64,000 nt of DNA from Nitrospinota bacterium (lineage in GTDB: Bacteria > Nitrospinota_A > UBA7883 > JACRGQ01). The stretch is taken from the NCBI GenBank assembly GCA_016217735.1, contig JACRGQ010000052.1:1838-65837 (forward strand), given 5' to 3'. Position numbers and translations under genes: made by a program. Shown piece after piece: positions 44,789 through 54,848 of this stretch; the stretch's first letter is position 1, and each line of letters starts with the position of its first letter. The notes under the pieces were generated by a model. The model worked only from the letters and a program-made list of their open reading frames with translations. It had not been told where the DNA came from and did not search any database.

Positions 44789-45661
44789 ATGAAAAAGTCC
44801 GGAACCGTGTCGGTGGTCATCCTCACCTGGAACAGGAGGGATGACCTCCGTTTCACGCTGGAGCGCCTCAAGCTGGAAAACCACGCCCCGCTGGAGGTGA
44901 TCGTCGTGGATAACAATTCCACCGATGGTACCGCCGCGATGATGGCCGCCGGCTTTCCCCAATTCCGCTATCTGCCGCAAAGCGAAAACCTCGGTATCGC
45001 CGGTTATAACATCGGCTTCAAGGCGGCCGCGGGGGAGTACATCGTGGTTCTCGACTCCGACAGCTATCCCGCGCGCGATGCCATCACCCGCATGGCGGCC
45101 ATTTTCGAGCGGCATCCTGAAGCGGGGATCGTGGCGTTTGACGTGCATGCCGCCACCGGCGTTGAGGAAGAGCCGGTTTCCGGCGCGGCTGTTGCCGAAG
45201 TGTATGGCTATCACGGCGCGGGCGCCGGCATCCGCCGCGCGGTGTTTGAAAAAGCGGGTTACTGGTGGGAACCGTTCTTTCTCTACTTCAACGAAATGGA
45301 TCATGCCCTGCGGGCGCTGCGGGAAGGATTCGCCATATTGCACTCCCCGGCGGTGCGGGCCTACCACAAGTCGAGCCCCGTGGGGCGGCCCAGCGGGCGG
45401 GGAGCCTTCTATTACACCCGCAACGCGTTCTGGATCGTCTGGCGGCACTATCCGCTGTGGGCGATGTGCATGGCGACCGCCTACCTTATATACAACGCCA
45501 TCGGCGAAACATTTTGGCAGGGGACAACCGTTTATCTTCGCGCGATGGCCGCCGCGTTCGGCGGGGCGGGCGCGGCGTTGCGGGAACGGCGGCCCTTGCA
45601 TCCGGCGCTTTTCGCCCGGACGCGCATTCCCCTAAAGCTGGTTTTTACGAGGTTCGGCTGA
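44789..45661 (+). CDS. Glycosyltransferase family 2
   Basis: VSVVILTWNRRDDLRFTL...VDNNSTDGT...VLDSDSY (DxD). Confidence 0.8.
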   Translation: MKKSGTVSVVILTWNRRDDLRFTLERLKLENHAPLEVIVVDNNSTDGTAAMMAAGFPQFRYLPQSENLGIAGYNIGFKAAAGEYIVVLDSDSYPARDAITRMAAIFERHPEAGIVAFDVHAATGVEEEPVSGAAVAEVYGYHGAGAGIRRAVFEKAGYWWEPFFLYFNEMDHALRALREGFAILHSPAVRAYHKSSPVGRPSGRGAFYYTRNAFWIVWRHYPLWAMCMATAYLIYNAIGETFWQGTTVYLRAMAAAFGGAGAALRERRPLHPALFARTRIPLKLVFTRFG

Positions 45662-45663
45662 AC

Positions 45664-46170
45664 ATGAAGACGCTTATCATCCGCTCCGCCTCGATGGAGC
45701 GGCTGGACGCCTGCGCCGCCGCGCTGGGCGGTTTTGGCGGCGATACCGATATTCTCACCCACGCGCACTTCGCGCAAAGCATCAGGGGCAGCTATCCGGC
45801 GGCGGCGGTGGTGGAGTATCCGCACGCCGGAAATTTTTCCCCCGCCGCGATGGCGCGTTTGGCGGAAGAAGAGGGGAAGCTGGCGCGGCATTACGACAGG
45901 GTGATCGTGCTGGCGGGGAATCTCTCCGGCGCGGGACACCTGAACGTATTGCGGGGGGCGCTCCGTTTCGGCCCGGTGGAAATATACAACGTGAATAACG
46001 AATTCCGCCCCAAAAGCCCGGTTGCCGTGGCGGGTGAATTGTGGGGAAGAATCCTCTTAAGCCCGGCCCTCTTTTTTGCTACAATTCTCGCATTCGCAAT
46101 CGGCGGGATGGTCTTGTTGGGGTGCGCCGTCCGTAACGCGCAAAGGGGAACATGGGCAGGAAGAAAATAA
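45664..46170 (+). CDS. Hypothetical protein (168 aa, C-terminal TM helix)
   Basis: ATG 45664 directly after the GT2 stop. No family recognised. Confidence 0.4.
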   Translation: MKTLIIRSASMERLDACAAALGGFGGDTDILTHAHFAQSIRGSYPAAAVVEYPHAGNFSPAAMARLAEEEGKLARHYDRVIVLAGNLSGAGHLNVLRGALRFGPVEIYNVNNEFRPKSPVAVAGELWGRILLSPALFFATILAFAIGGMVLLGCAVRNAQRGTWAGRK

Positions 46171-47132
46171 ATGTTTTGATAACCGCGGCCTCGCGGCGTG
46201 TGGCGCTTATCCGCGGATTCCAGAACGCGCTCAAGGCCAGCGGCACCCCGGGCGAAGTGATCGCCACCGATACCGATCCGCTTTCCCCCGCCCTGTTTTT
46301 CTGTCCCCGGTATCACAACACGCCGCTTTCCAACGCGCCGGGCTATATACCGGCCATAATGGATATCTGTAAAAAAGAGGAAATTGGACTCCTCATCCCC
46401 ACCATCGACGAGGAACTGCCGTTGTTTGGCCGCCACAAGAAGGAATTCGCCGCCGCCGGTGTCACCATCCCGGTGGTGGATGAAGAAATCGGCGAAATAT
46501 GCAATGATAAGTACAAGACCTACCATTTTTTCAAATCCCACGGCCTGCCGATGGCCGAGACCTATCTTCCCGATGAGGTGCGCCAAAAAAAGCCGGTATT
46601 GCCGCTGTTTATCAAGCCCCGCGCCGGGCGGGGGGCGGTGAGCGCCTATCCTATCAATAGCGCGCGCGAGCTGGATTTCTTCCTTGAATATGTGCATGAT
46701 CCGGTGGTGCAGCGTTTTCTTCCCGGCAAGGAGTACACCATCGACGTGTTGTGCGATTTCGCCGGACGGGTCATCTCCATCGTGCCGCGCCAGCGGATGG
46801 TTATCCGCTCCGGCGTGTGTGACAAGGGGCGCACCGAAAAGCACCCCGCGCTGATGCGGCTGGCCGAAGAGGCCGCGTGCGCCCTCAAGCTGATCGGGCC
46901 GGCGAACCTTCAGTGCAAGATGGATGGCGATACCGTCACGTTTTTCGAGGTAAATCCCCGTTTCTCCGGGGCGATACAGCTCACCATCAATGCCGGCGCC
47001 GATTTCCCGCGCCTTATCCTGGAAATGATGCACGGCGATATTCCGGCGCGCATCGGCGATTTTGAGGACAACCTCACCATGGTCAGCTACGAAGAAAGCG
47101 TTTACCGTGCCGGCGGCGGCTGGAGGCGCTGA
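46152..47132 (+). CDS. ATP-grasp domain protein (carboxylate-amine ligase, PylC/CarB-like)
   Basis: NVLITAASRRVALIR pre-ATP-grasp, LFIKPRAGRGAV, and E-V-N-P-R (FEVNPRFSG) Mg/ATP site. Confidence 0.7.
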   Translation: MGRKKINVLITAASRRVALIRGFQNALKASGTPGEVIATDTDPLSPALFFCPRYHNTPLSNAPGYIPAIMDICKKEEIGLLIPTIDEELPLFGRHKKEFAAAGVTIPVVDEEIGEICNDKYKTYHFFKSHGLPMAETYLPDEVRQKKPVLPLFIKPRAGRGAVSAYPINSARELDFFLEYVHDPVVQRFLPGKEYTIDVLCDFAGRVISIVPRQRMVIRSGVCDKGRTEKHPALMRLAEEAACALKLIGPANLQCKMDGDTVTFFEVNPRFSGAIQLTINAGADFPRLILEMMHGDIPARIGDFEDNLTMVSYEESVYRAGGGWRR

Positions 47133-47159
47133 ACCGGTGTCCGCCGCCGTCCGATACGT

Positions 47160-48227
47160 TTGAATATGCCCAAAAAGTACAAGGTCGGCGTGGTGGGATG
47201 CGGCCGTATCGCGTCGCTGCTGGAGGAAGACCCGCTACGGGAGAAGCCGGCCACGCACGCCGGCGCCTACGCCATTTTTCCGCGCACGGAAATAACCGCC
47301 GCGTGCGACATCGACCGCTGGCGGCTGGCGAAATTCCGCGACAAGTGGCGCGTTCCCGCCGGCCGCTGCTACCGTGATTACCGCGAGATGCTGGCGCGGG
47401 AGGATATCGACATCGTCAGCATCGCCACATGGACGGAATCGCATTGCGCCGTGGCGCTTGCGGCGGCGAAAAATCCGCATGTGAAAGGGATTTACCTTGA
47501 AAAGCCGATTACCGCCGACCTCAAGGAGGCCGGCCGGATTATAACCGCGTGCAAAAAACGCGGCATTAAGCTGCTGGTGGGGCACGAGCGGCGGTTCGAC
47601 AGCGATTTCTCGCGCGTGAAGGAGATCGTGGAGAAAAAGGAGATGGGCGCGCTCAAAACCATTTTCGCGCAGGCGCTTTCATTGCCGCCGCCGAAGCTTC
47701 CGCGGAATAAATACATCGGCGGCACGCTGCTGCACGACGGCACCCACCTGATGGACCTGGTACTCCACTTTGGCGGCCCCGCCGCGTGGGTGATGGGGTT
47801 CGACAAGCGTCCCCACGGCAAGCGGAACGTCGAGACCGCCGCCGGCGGCATTATCATGCTCCACAGCGGCGTCACGGTGTTTGTGGAAGGGGGAGGGGAA
47901 CGGAATTATTTCAAGTTCGATCTCGACATGCAATTTGAAAACGGCCGCATCGTTATCGGTAACGGCGGCATTCACGCCTTTCAAAATTTCACCAGCCGCC
48001 ACTACACCGGTTTTCACGAGCTGGCCTCCGCCCCGTTCAAAAATCCGCGCAAACGGGAAAACAGTTTCATCGGCTGCGTGCGGGAGCTGGTGCGCGCCAT
48101 TGACGGCGGGCGCGAGCCGGTATCGAGCGGCACGGAGGCGCGCGATGCGCTGGAACTGATTCTTGCCATCTACCATTCCGCTGATAACGGCGGGAAAAAA
48201 GTGCATTTTCGCCGGCGGAAGAGATGA
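47160..48227 (+). CDS. Gfo/Idh/MocA family NAD(P)-dependent oxidoreductase
   Basis: KVGVVGCGRIA Rossmann region and the EKP motif (IYLEKPIT). Confidence 0.8.
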   Translation: MNMPKKYKVGVVGCGRIASLLEEDPLREKPATHAGAYAIFPRTEITAACDIDRWRLAKFRDKWRVPAGRCYRDYREMLAREDIDIVSIATWTESHCAVALAAAKNPHVKGIYLEKPITADLKEAGRIITACKKRGIKLLVGHERRFDSDFSRVKEIVEKKEMGALKTIFAQALSLPPPKLPRNKYIGGTLLHDGTHLMDLVLHFGGPAAWVMGFDKRPHGKRNVETAAGGIIMLHSGVTVFVEGGGERNYFKFDLDMQFENGRIVIGNGGIHAFQNFTSRHYTGFHELASAPFKNPRKRENSFIGCVRELVRAIDGGREPVSSGTEARDALELILAIYHSADNGGKKVHFRRRKR

Positions 48228-48985
48228 GCGTTCCCAACAATCCGGTTGTTATCATCCAGGCTCGTATGGGGAGCACCCGTTTTCCCGGCAAAACCATGCA
48301 TCTTATCGATGGTACGCCGCTGATCGGTTGGCTTATCGAGGGGGCGCGTTCTTTCGCGAACGCCGCCGCCATCGCCGTCGCCGTGCCGGATTTGCCGGAA
48401 GAGGATATACTCTGCGCCTACATGGAAAGCCTGGGGGTTCCCTGTGTCCGCGGCCCGGTGGATGACGTGCTCGCCCGTTACCACCTTGCGGCAACCGCGC
48501 TTAAAGCCGACCCGGTGATACGCCTCTGCGCCGACAGCCCGCTGGTGGCTGCGGAGTTCATGGATCGCATGATCGAATCGCACATCGAAACGGGGGCCGA
48601 CCTTACCAACGGCGTCCAGTATCCCCTCGGCTCCGTGGGCGAGGTCATCAGCCGCCGTTCATTGGATCTGATGCACCGGGAAGCCACGGCGCCCTATTGC
48701 CGCGAGCATGTTACGCCGTATATCCACGAACACCCCGATAGTTTCAGGATAAATTCCCTCATGCCGCCGGTATGGATGCAGCGGGATTTCCGTCTGACCG
48801 TTGATACCGCCGCCGACATGGAAATGATGGCGCGGCTTTTTGATGAGATGTCCAACGCGGGGCTTGCCATGAATTTCACAAACGCGATGGCGATACTGGA
48901 TGTGAAGCCGGAGATCGCCCGGATTAATGCCGCCGTGAAGCAACGCGACTGGCGCGCCGAAAGCCCGGCCTTCGGCAAGCGATAA
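48224..48985 (+). CDS. Cytidylyltransferase of the acylneuraminate cytidylyltransferase family (SpsF/PseF/NeuA-like)
   Basis: VVIIQARMGSTRFPGKTM N-terminal signature. Confidence 0.7.
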   Translation: MSVPNNPVVIIQARMGSTRFPGKTMHLIDGTPLIGWLIEGARSFANAAAIAVAVPDLPEEDILCAYMESLGVPCVRGPVDDVLARYHLAATALKADPVIRLCADSPLVAAEFMDRMIESHIETGADLTNGVQYPLGSVGEVISRRSLDLMHREATAPYCREHVTPYIHEHPDSFRINSLMPPVWMQRDFRLTVDTAADMEMMARLFDEMSNAGLAMNFTNAMAILDVKPEIARINAAVKQRDWRAESPAFGKR

Positions 48986-49071
48986 CATATCCCGCCGCCT
49001 GATAATACCCGCCGAAAAGCGGTTCCGTTTTGTAGTAGTATTAAGCCAAGCCTACAGAAAGGGAACACTGA

Positions 49072-51513
49072 ATGTACTGCATTCTATGGACGTTGGTTGC
49101 CTTATTCGCTCTTCTTATCATCCTTTATTTCCAAATGGGCATTGCCGCCGCGACGCTGCTCGGCTATGCGCTGCTGACCGCCGAAAGCATTGGTGGCGGG
49201 CCGGCATCTCCGGGTCTCATCGCCGTATGGGCGTTTTATACCGTCGTGGCGCTGGTGCTGAATCTGCCGCCGCTGCGCCGCGCGCTGCTAACCCCCGCCA
49301 TTCTCGGCATTTTCAAAAAAATCATGCCCCCCATTTCAAAGACCGAGCGCGAGGCGCTGGATGCCGGCACGGTCTACTGGGAAAAACATCTTTTCGCCGG
49401 CAAGCCGGACTGGAAGGCGCTGCATGCCATCCCGAAGCCAACACTGACGGCGGAGGAGCAGGCGTTTCTCGACGGTCCGGTGGAACAGTTGTGCGATATG
49501 CTCGACGATTGGGAGATAACCGACCGCCTGCACGACCTGCCGCCGAAGGTGTGGGACTTCCTCAAGAAGGAAAAATTCTTCGGGATGATCATCACGAAGG
49601 AATACGGCGGCCTTGATTTCTCGGCGCTGGGGCACAGCGAAGTGGTGATGAAGGTCGCCAGCAAAAGCGGCACCGCCGGAATAACGGTCATGGTGCCCAA
49701 TTCACTCGGACCAGCCGAGCTGCTGCTCCACTACGGCACACCGGAACAGAAAAACCGCTATCTGCCGGGCCTCGCCATCGGCACCGAGATTCCCTGTTTC
49801 GCGCTCACCGAGCCGGAAGCGGGGAGTGATGCCACCAGCATCAAGGCGAACGGCATCGTGGAAAAAGGAATTTTTGAAGGCAAAGAGATAATCGGCATCC
49901 GGATGAACTGGGAGAAACGCTACATCACGCTCTCGTCGAACGCCACCGTGATGGGGTTGGCTTTCCATCTTTATGATCCCAACAAGCTGATGGGGGACAA
50001 TGAATATCCCGGCATCACCGTCGCGCTGATACCGACCAATACCAAGGGAATCACCATCGGGCCGCGGCACGACCCGCTGAGCATCCCGTTCCTCAACGGC
50101 CCCATCTGGGGCAAAGACGTTTTCGTTCCGCTGGACTACATCGTCGGCGGCAAGGATTACGCCGGACAGGGATGGCGGATGTTGATGGAGCGGCTCGGCA
50201 TCGGACGCGGCATATCGCTCCCCGCGGTCAGCGCCGCTTCGTCGAAGGTCGCCTGCCGGGGCGTGGGGGCGTATGCCCGGATACGGCGGCAGTTCCGCAT
50301 GCCGGTGGCAAAGTTCGAAGGGGTGGAAGAGGCGTTGGCGCAAATGGCCGGCCTTACCTACGGGCTGGATTCGGCGCGGCTTTTCACCGTTAACGCGATC
50401 AACCAGGGGGAGGCCCCATCGCTCGCCTCCGCCATATCGAAATACAGCCTCACCGAGCGGTGCCGTGAGGTGGTCAACCACGCCATGGACGTGCAGGGCG
50501 GGGCCGCCATCGTGCTCGGCCCGCGTAACTTCATGGGGCGCTTGTACCAGGGCCTGCCGGTCAGCATCACGGTGGAAGGGGCGAACATCCTTACCCGCAC
50601 GCTGATCGTCTTCGGGCAGGGGATTATCCGCGCCCATCCCTGGGTGCTGAAAGAAATGGAAGCCACCGCTGATAAAGACACGGCGCGGGGAATCGCGGCG
50701 TTCGACAAGGCGTTTTTCGGCCACGTTGGGTTCACCTTCTCCGTCGGCGTACGGGCGTTTGTTTCCGCGATAACCGGCGGCGTGTTTCTGCCGTCGCCGG
50801 TGGAGGGGCCGCTGGCGGTCTACTACCGCCGCATTGGACGGTTAAGCGCGGCGTTCGCCATCGCCGGTGACATGGCGATGCTGACGCTCGGCGGGAATCT
50901 CAAGAGGAAGGAAAAACTGGCCGGGCGGCTGGCCGATATTGTGAGCAATCTTTATATCGCCAGCGCCACGCTGAAACGTTATGCCGACGACCACATGCCG
51001 AAAGAGGACCTGCCGCTTGTCGGCTGGGCGATCGAAGACGCACTCTACCGTGCGCAGGAGGCGCTTGCCGGATTTCTGCAAAACCTGCCCAGCCGCGCGG
51101 CGGCGTGTCTGCTCAAGCTGCTTATATTCCCGTTCGGCAAGCCGTTTAATCCGCCGTCGGACAGGCTGGGGGCCAAAGCCGCCGAGACACTGCAAAGCCT
51201 CTCCGACACGCGCGACCGCCTCACCAACGGCATCCACAGATGCGAAAACATGAACGAGCAACTGGGAAGAATCGAGGATGCGCTGCTGAAATCGGTCAAG
51301 GCCGAAGATGTGGAGCGGAAGGTAAGCCACGCCGTGAAAGACAAGCGGATCACCGCGCGCGGCGAGGCCGAGCGCATCGAAGAGGCCCTGAAAGCCGGCA
51401 TTATCACCGCGGATGAAAAAGCCGCCATTGAGGCCGCCAACGTGGCGCGCCGCGAGGTGATCATGGTTGACGATTTCCCCGTGGATTATTGGAGCAAACG
51501 CAATGGGAAGTAG
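49072..51513 (+). CDS. fadE: Large acyl-CoA dehydrogenase, FadE type (N-terminal TM segments)
   Basis: 813 aa, the same size class as E. coli FadE, with an ACAD middle domain and an N-terminal hydrophobic segment. Confidence 0.8.
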   Translation: MYCILWTLVALFALLIILYFQMGIAAATLLGYALLTAESIGGGPASPGLIAVWAFYTVVALVLNLPPLRRALLTPAILGIFKKIMPPISKTEREALDAGTVYWEKHLFAGKPDWKALHAIPKPTLTAEEQAFLDGPVEQLCDMLDDWEITDRLHDLPPKVWDFLKKEKFFGMIITKEYGGLDFSALGHSEVVMKVASKSGTAGITVMVPNSLGPAELLLHYGTPEQKNRYLPGLAIGTEIPCFALTEPEAGSDATSIKANGIVEKGIFEGKEIIGIRMNWEKRYITLSSNATVMGLAFHLYDPNKLMGDNEYPGITVALIPTNTKGITIGPRHDPLSIPFLNGPIWGKDVFVPLDYIVGGKDYAGQGWRMLMERLGIGRGISLPAVSAASSKVACRGVGAYARIRRQFRMPVAKFEGVEEALAQMAGLTYGLDSARLFTVNAINQGEAPSLASAISKYSLTERCREVVNHAMDVQGGAAIVLGPRNFMGRLYQGLPVSITVEGANILTRTLIVFGQGIIRAHPWVLKEMEATADKDTARGIAAFDKAFFGHVGFTFSVGVRAFVSAITGGVFLPSPVEGPLAVYYRRIGRLSAAFAIAGDMAMLTLGGNLKRKEKLAGRLADIVSNLYIASATLKRYADDHMPKEDLPLVGWAIEDALYRAQEALAGFLQNLPSRAAACLLKLLIFPFGKPFNPPSDRLGAKAAETLQSLSDTRDRLTNGIHRCENMNEQLGRIEDALLKSVKAEDVERKVSHAVKDKRITARGEAERIEEALKAGIITADEKAAIEAANVARREVIMVDDFPVDYWSKRNGK

Positions 51514-52822
51514 TTTCGCCAACCTCCGCCCCGTCTACGTGGTGGCCGGACGCCGCACGCCGTTTTTAAAAGCGAAGGGGAACCGCGGCGTGTTCTCCGC
51601 GTCCGACCTCGCGGTTGAGGCGGGGCGGCAACTTCTGTTGACGATGCCGTTTTCGCCCGAGGCCCTGGACGAAGTGGTGATCGGCTCCGTGTTTCCCGAT
51701 GCGACCGAGGCGAACATCGCGCGGGTCATCTCGCTTCGTTTGGGGTGTGGAAAAAAAGTTCCCGCTTTCACCGTGAACCGCAACTGCGCTTCCGGCATGC
51801 AGGCGCTTGATTGCGCCTCGAAAGATATCGCCATGGGGCGCGCCGAACTGGTGTTGGCCGGCGGGACGGAGGCGATGAGCCGCTACCCGCTGCTCCACAC
51901 GCCGGAAATGGTTGAATGGCTGGTGGCGTGGGGCAAGGCGCGCGGCTTTGGCGCGCGCCTCTCTGTATTGATGAAAATGCGGCCCGCCTATCTGAAACCG
52001 GTGCTCGGCGTATTGCAAGGGCTGACGGATCATGTCGTCGGCCTCAACATGGGACAGACCGCCGAAATTCTTGCCCACCGCTTTGGCATCAGCCGCGAAG
52101 AGATGGACGCGTTCTCGGTGGAAAGCCACCGCCGGCTGGCGGCCGCCACCGACGAAAAACGTTTTGACGGTGAACTGTCGCCGCTGATCGATGCGGCGGG
52201 GAACGTGTACGATTTCGACGACGGGGTGCGGCGCGACAGCGATATGGAGAAGCTTGCAAAACTCAAGCCGGTGTTCGATCCGAAGCTGGGCAAAGTGACC
52301 GCCGGCAACAGCGCGCAACTCACTGATGGCGCGGCGGCGCTTCTGCTTGCCAGCGGCGCGGCTGTGAAAAAGCACAGTCTGCCAGTGTTGGGCAAGCTGC
52401 TCGATTTCGAGTGGGCGGGGGTGGATCCGGCGCAGATGGGGCTGGGGCCGGTGCATGCGATGGCCGGGATTTTGGGGCGCAACGGCCTTACCACCGCCGA
52501 CCTTGGCAACATCGAAATTAACGAGGCGTTCGCCACGCAGGTGCTGGCCTGTCTGCGGGCGTGGAACGATGGGAGCTATATGAAGAACGAAATAGGCGGT
52601 TTCGCCGCAGGCCTCGGCCCTCTCGATATGAAGAACATCAACGTCGACGGCGGCGGCGTGAGCATCGGCCATCCGGTCGGCGCCAGCGGCGCGCGCCTTA
52701 CGTTGCACCTGCTCAACACGCTGCGCCGCAACGGCGCGCGGAAAGGCATTGCGTCGCTTTGCATCGGCGGCGGGCAGGGGGGCGCGGTGTTGGTGGAAAA
52801 CGTGGAGCGGGCCGATGGATAA
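51503..52822 (+). CDS. fadA: Acetyl-CoA C-acyltransferase (thiolase)
   Basis: Thiolase signatures (NRNCASGMQA, GGGVSIGHPVGASGAR, CIGGGQG). Start overlaps the fadE stop. Confidence 0.8.
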   Translation: MGSSFANLRPVYVVAGRRTPFLKAKGNRGVFSASDLAVEAGRQLLLTMPFSPEALDEVVIGSVFPDATEANIARVISLRLGCGKKVPAFTVNRNCASGMQALDCASKDIAMGRAELVLAGGTEAMSRYPLLHTPEMVEWLVAWGKARGFGARLSVLMKMRPAYLKPVLGVLQGLTDHVVGLNMGQTAEILAHRFGISREEMDAFSVESHRRLAAATDEKRFDGELSPLIDAAGNVYDFDDGVRRDSDMEKLAKLKPVFDPKLGKVTAGNSAQLTDGAAALLLASGAAVKKHSLPVLGKLLDFEWAGVDPAQMGLGPVHAMAGILGRNGLTTADLGNIEINEAFATQVLACLRAWNDGSYMKNEIGGFAAGLGPLDMKNINVDGGGVSIGHPVGASGARLTLHLLNTLRRNGARKGIASLCIGGGQGGAVLVENVERADG

Positions 52823-54839
52823 AACGTTTAAGCACTTCAAGCTGGAAATGGACGCACAGAGCGTTGCGTGGCTGGCGCTGGACAAGGCCGATGCCAGCGC
52901 CAATGTCCTCTCATCCGATGTGTTGCTGGAACTGGACGGGGCGCTCACGCATATCGAATCGCAAAAGTCTTCCGCGCTCGTCATATATTCCGCCAAAAAA
53001 AGCGGCTTCATCGCCGGGGCCGATGTAAACGAGTTCACCAAGGTGACCGATGAAGCCTCCGCGCTGGCGCTCATCCGCCGGAGGCAGGAGGTTTTTACCC
53101 GTATTGAAAAGATGCCGTTCCCCACAGTGGCGCTTATCCACGGCTTCTGCCTCGGCGGCGGCATGGAACTGGCGCTTGCCTGCCGCTACCGCGTTGCCTC
53201 CACCGACGAAAAAACGCAACTTGGCCTGCCGGAGGTAAAGCTTGGCATCCATCCCGGTTTTGGCGGCACGGTGCGCGCCACGCGGGTGATGGGGGGAATC
53301 TCCGGCTTGGAAATGATGCTTACCGGCCGCAGCTTCAGCGCGAAGGCCGCGAAGAAGGCCGGGCTGGTCGATATGACCGCGCCGGATCGGCACCTGAAGG
53401 CCGCCGCGCTTTCCTTGATAAAAAAGAATGCCCCGCCGCACAAAGCGGGCGGGATGCAGGCGATTGCCGGATTGCCGATTCTGCGCGGGATTACCGCCGG
53501 GATGATGCGCAAGAAAACGGCGGAGAAGGCGGATCCGGGCCAGTATCCCGCGCCGTTCGCCATGATTGACCTTTGGGCGCGGTATGGCGGCGACGAGCGG
53601 CGGATGATGGAGGAAGAGGCCCGTTCAGTCTCGCGCCTCATCGTGGGCGATACGGCCCAGAACCTCGTGCGGCTTTTTCAATTGCAGGATCGTCTCAAGG
53701 GCTTCGCGAAAAAGAGCGCGCAGCCGGTGAAGCGGCTCCACGTCGTCGGGGCTGGCGCAATGGGAGGAGACATCGCGGCGTGGAGCGCGTTGCGCGGCCT
53801 CACCGTCACGTTGCAGGACCGCGAAACGAAGTTCATCGCCCCCGCCATCAAGCGGGCGGCGGCCCTGTTCAAAAAGAAGCTGAAAGAACCCCGGCTGGTG
53901 CAGTTGGCGCTCGACCGGCTGATACCCGATCCGTCCGGCGCGGGCGCGGCTTCCGCCGACATCGTCATCGAAGCGGTGTTTGAAGACCTGAAGGTGAAGC
54001 GCGAGATGTTCGCGCGGCTGGAGCCGGTGATGAAGTCCGGAGCGGTGCTTGCCACCAACACCTCCAGCATCCCGCTGGAAGAGATGGCTGCCACGCTGGC
54101 CCGCCCGGAGCGGCTGGTCGGCATTCATTTTTTCAATCCGGTGCCGCAGATGCCGTTGGTGGAAGTGGTGCAAGGTGCGGGAACCGGCGCGGCGGCGCTG
54201 GAAGCGGCCTTCGCCTATGTGGGGGCCATCGGCAAGCTGCCGGTGCCGGTGAAAAGCAGTCCCGGTTTCCTTGTGAATCGTGTGTTGATGCCGTACCTTA
54301 TGGAAGCGATGATGATGGAATCAGAAGGAATACCAGCGGCCGTCATCGACGCGGCGGCGGTGCGGTTTGGCATGCCGATGGGACCGCTGTTGCTGGGTGA
54401 CACGGTGGGACTTGATATCTGTTATCACGTTGGGCATATCTTCAAGGAGAAGTTTGGCGCGGAGATGCCCCCGAAGCTTGAAAGCATGGTGAAGGACGGC
54501 AAGCTTGGCGTCAAGAGCGGTCAGGGGTATTACGACCACCGCTCCGGGAAAGTGCGGACGGCGGCGGGGCCGGCTACACCGGAAATGAAGGAAATTACCG
54601 ATCGGCTGATGCTGCGTTATGTCAACGAGTGTGTCGCCTGCCTGCGCGAAGGGATCGTGGCCGACGCCGACCTTATTGATGCCGGGATGGTCTTTGGCAG
54701 CGGCTTCGCGCCGTTTCGCGGCGGGCCGTTGCGCCACGCGCGCGCGGCGGGGAAGGCGGCGCTGACCGCGCGCCTTGAGGAGTTGCGGACTAAATACGGC
54801 CCCCGTTTCGCGCCGGATGCGGGCTGGAACGCCCTGTAA
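52815..54839 (+). CDS. Fatty-acid oxidation complex alpha subunit (enoyl-CoA hydratase + 3-hydroxyacyl-CoA dehydrogenase, FadB/FadJ type)
   Basis: Crotonase fold N-terminus, then NAD-binding VVGAGAMGGDIA. The ATGGATAA overlap with the thiolase stop is read directly. Confidence 0.85.
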   Translation: MDKTFKHFKLEMDAQSVAWLALDKADASANVLSSDVLLELDGALTHIESQKSSALVIYSAKKSGFIAGADVNEFTKVTDEASALALIRRRQEVFTRIEKMPFPTVALIHGFCLGGGMELALACRYRVASTDEKTQLGLPEVKLGIHPGFGGTVRATRVMGGISGLEMMLTGRSFSAKAAKKAGLVDMTAPDRHLKAAALSLIKKNAPPHKAGGMQAIAGLPILRGITAGMMRKKTAEKADPGQYPAPFAMIDLWARYGGDERRMMEEEARSVSRLIVGDTAQNLVRLFQLQDRLKGFAKKSAQPVKRLHVVGAGAMGGDIAAWSALRGLTVTLQDRETKFIAPAIKRAAALFKKKLKEPRLVQLALDRLIPDPSGAGAASADIVIEAVFEDLKVKREMFARLEPVMKSGAVLATNTSSIPLEEMAATLARPERLVGIHFFNPVPQMPLVEVVQGAGTGAAALEAAFAYVGAIGKLPVPVKSSPGFLVNRVLMPYLMEAMMMESEGIPAAVIDAAAVRFGMPMGPLLLGDTVGLDICYHVGHIFKEKFGAEMPPKLESMVKDGKLGVKSGQGYYDHRSGKVRTAAGPATPEMKEITDRLMLRYVNECVACLREGIVADADLIDAGMVFGSGFAPFRGGPLRHARAAGKAALTARLEELRTKYGPRFAPDAGWNAL

Positions 54840-54848
54840 GGAGATGCC

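Noticed and set aside
51566-53164. 532-aa minus ORF across the thiolase and fadB genes
   Set aside because: Antisense artefact spanning two sense genes with strong family motifs.
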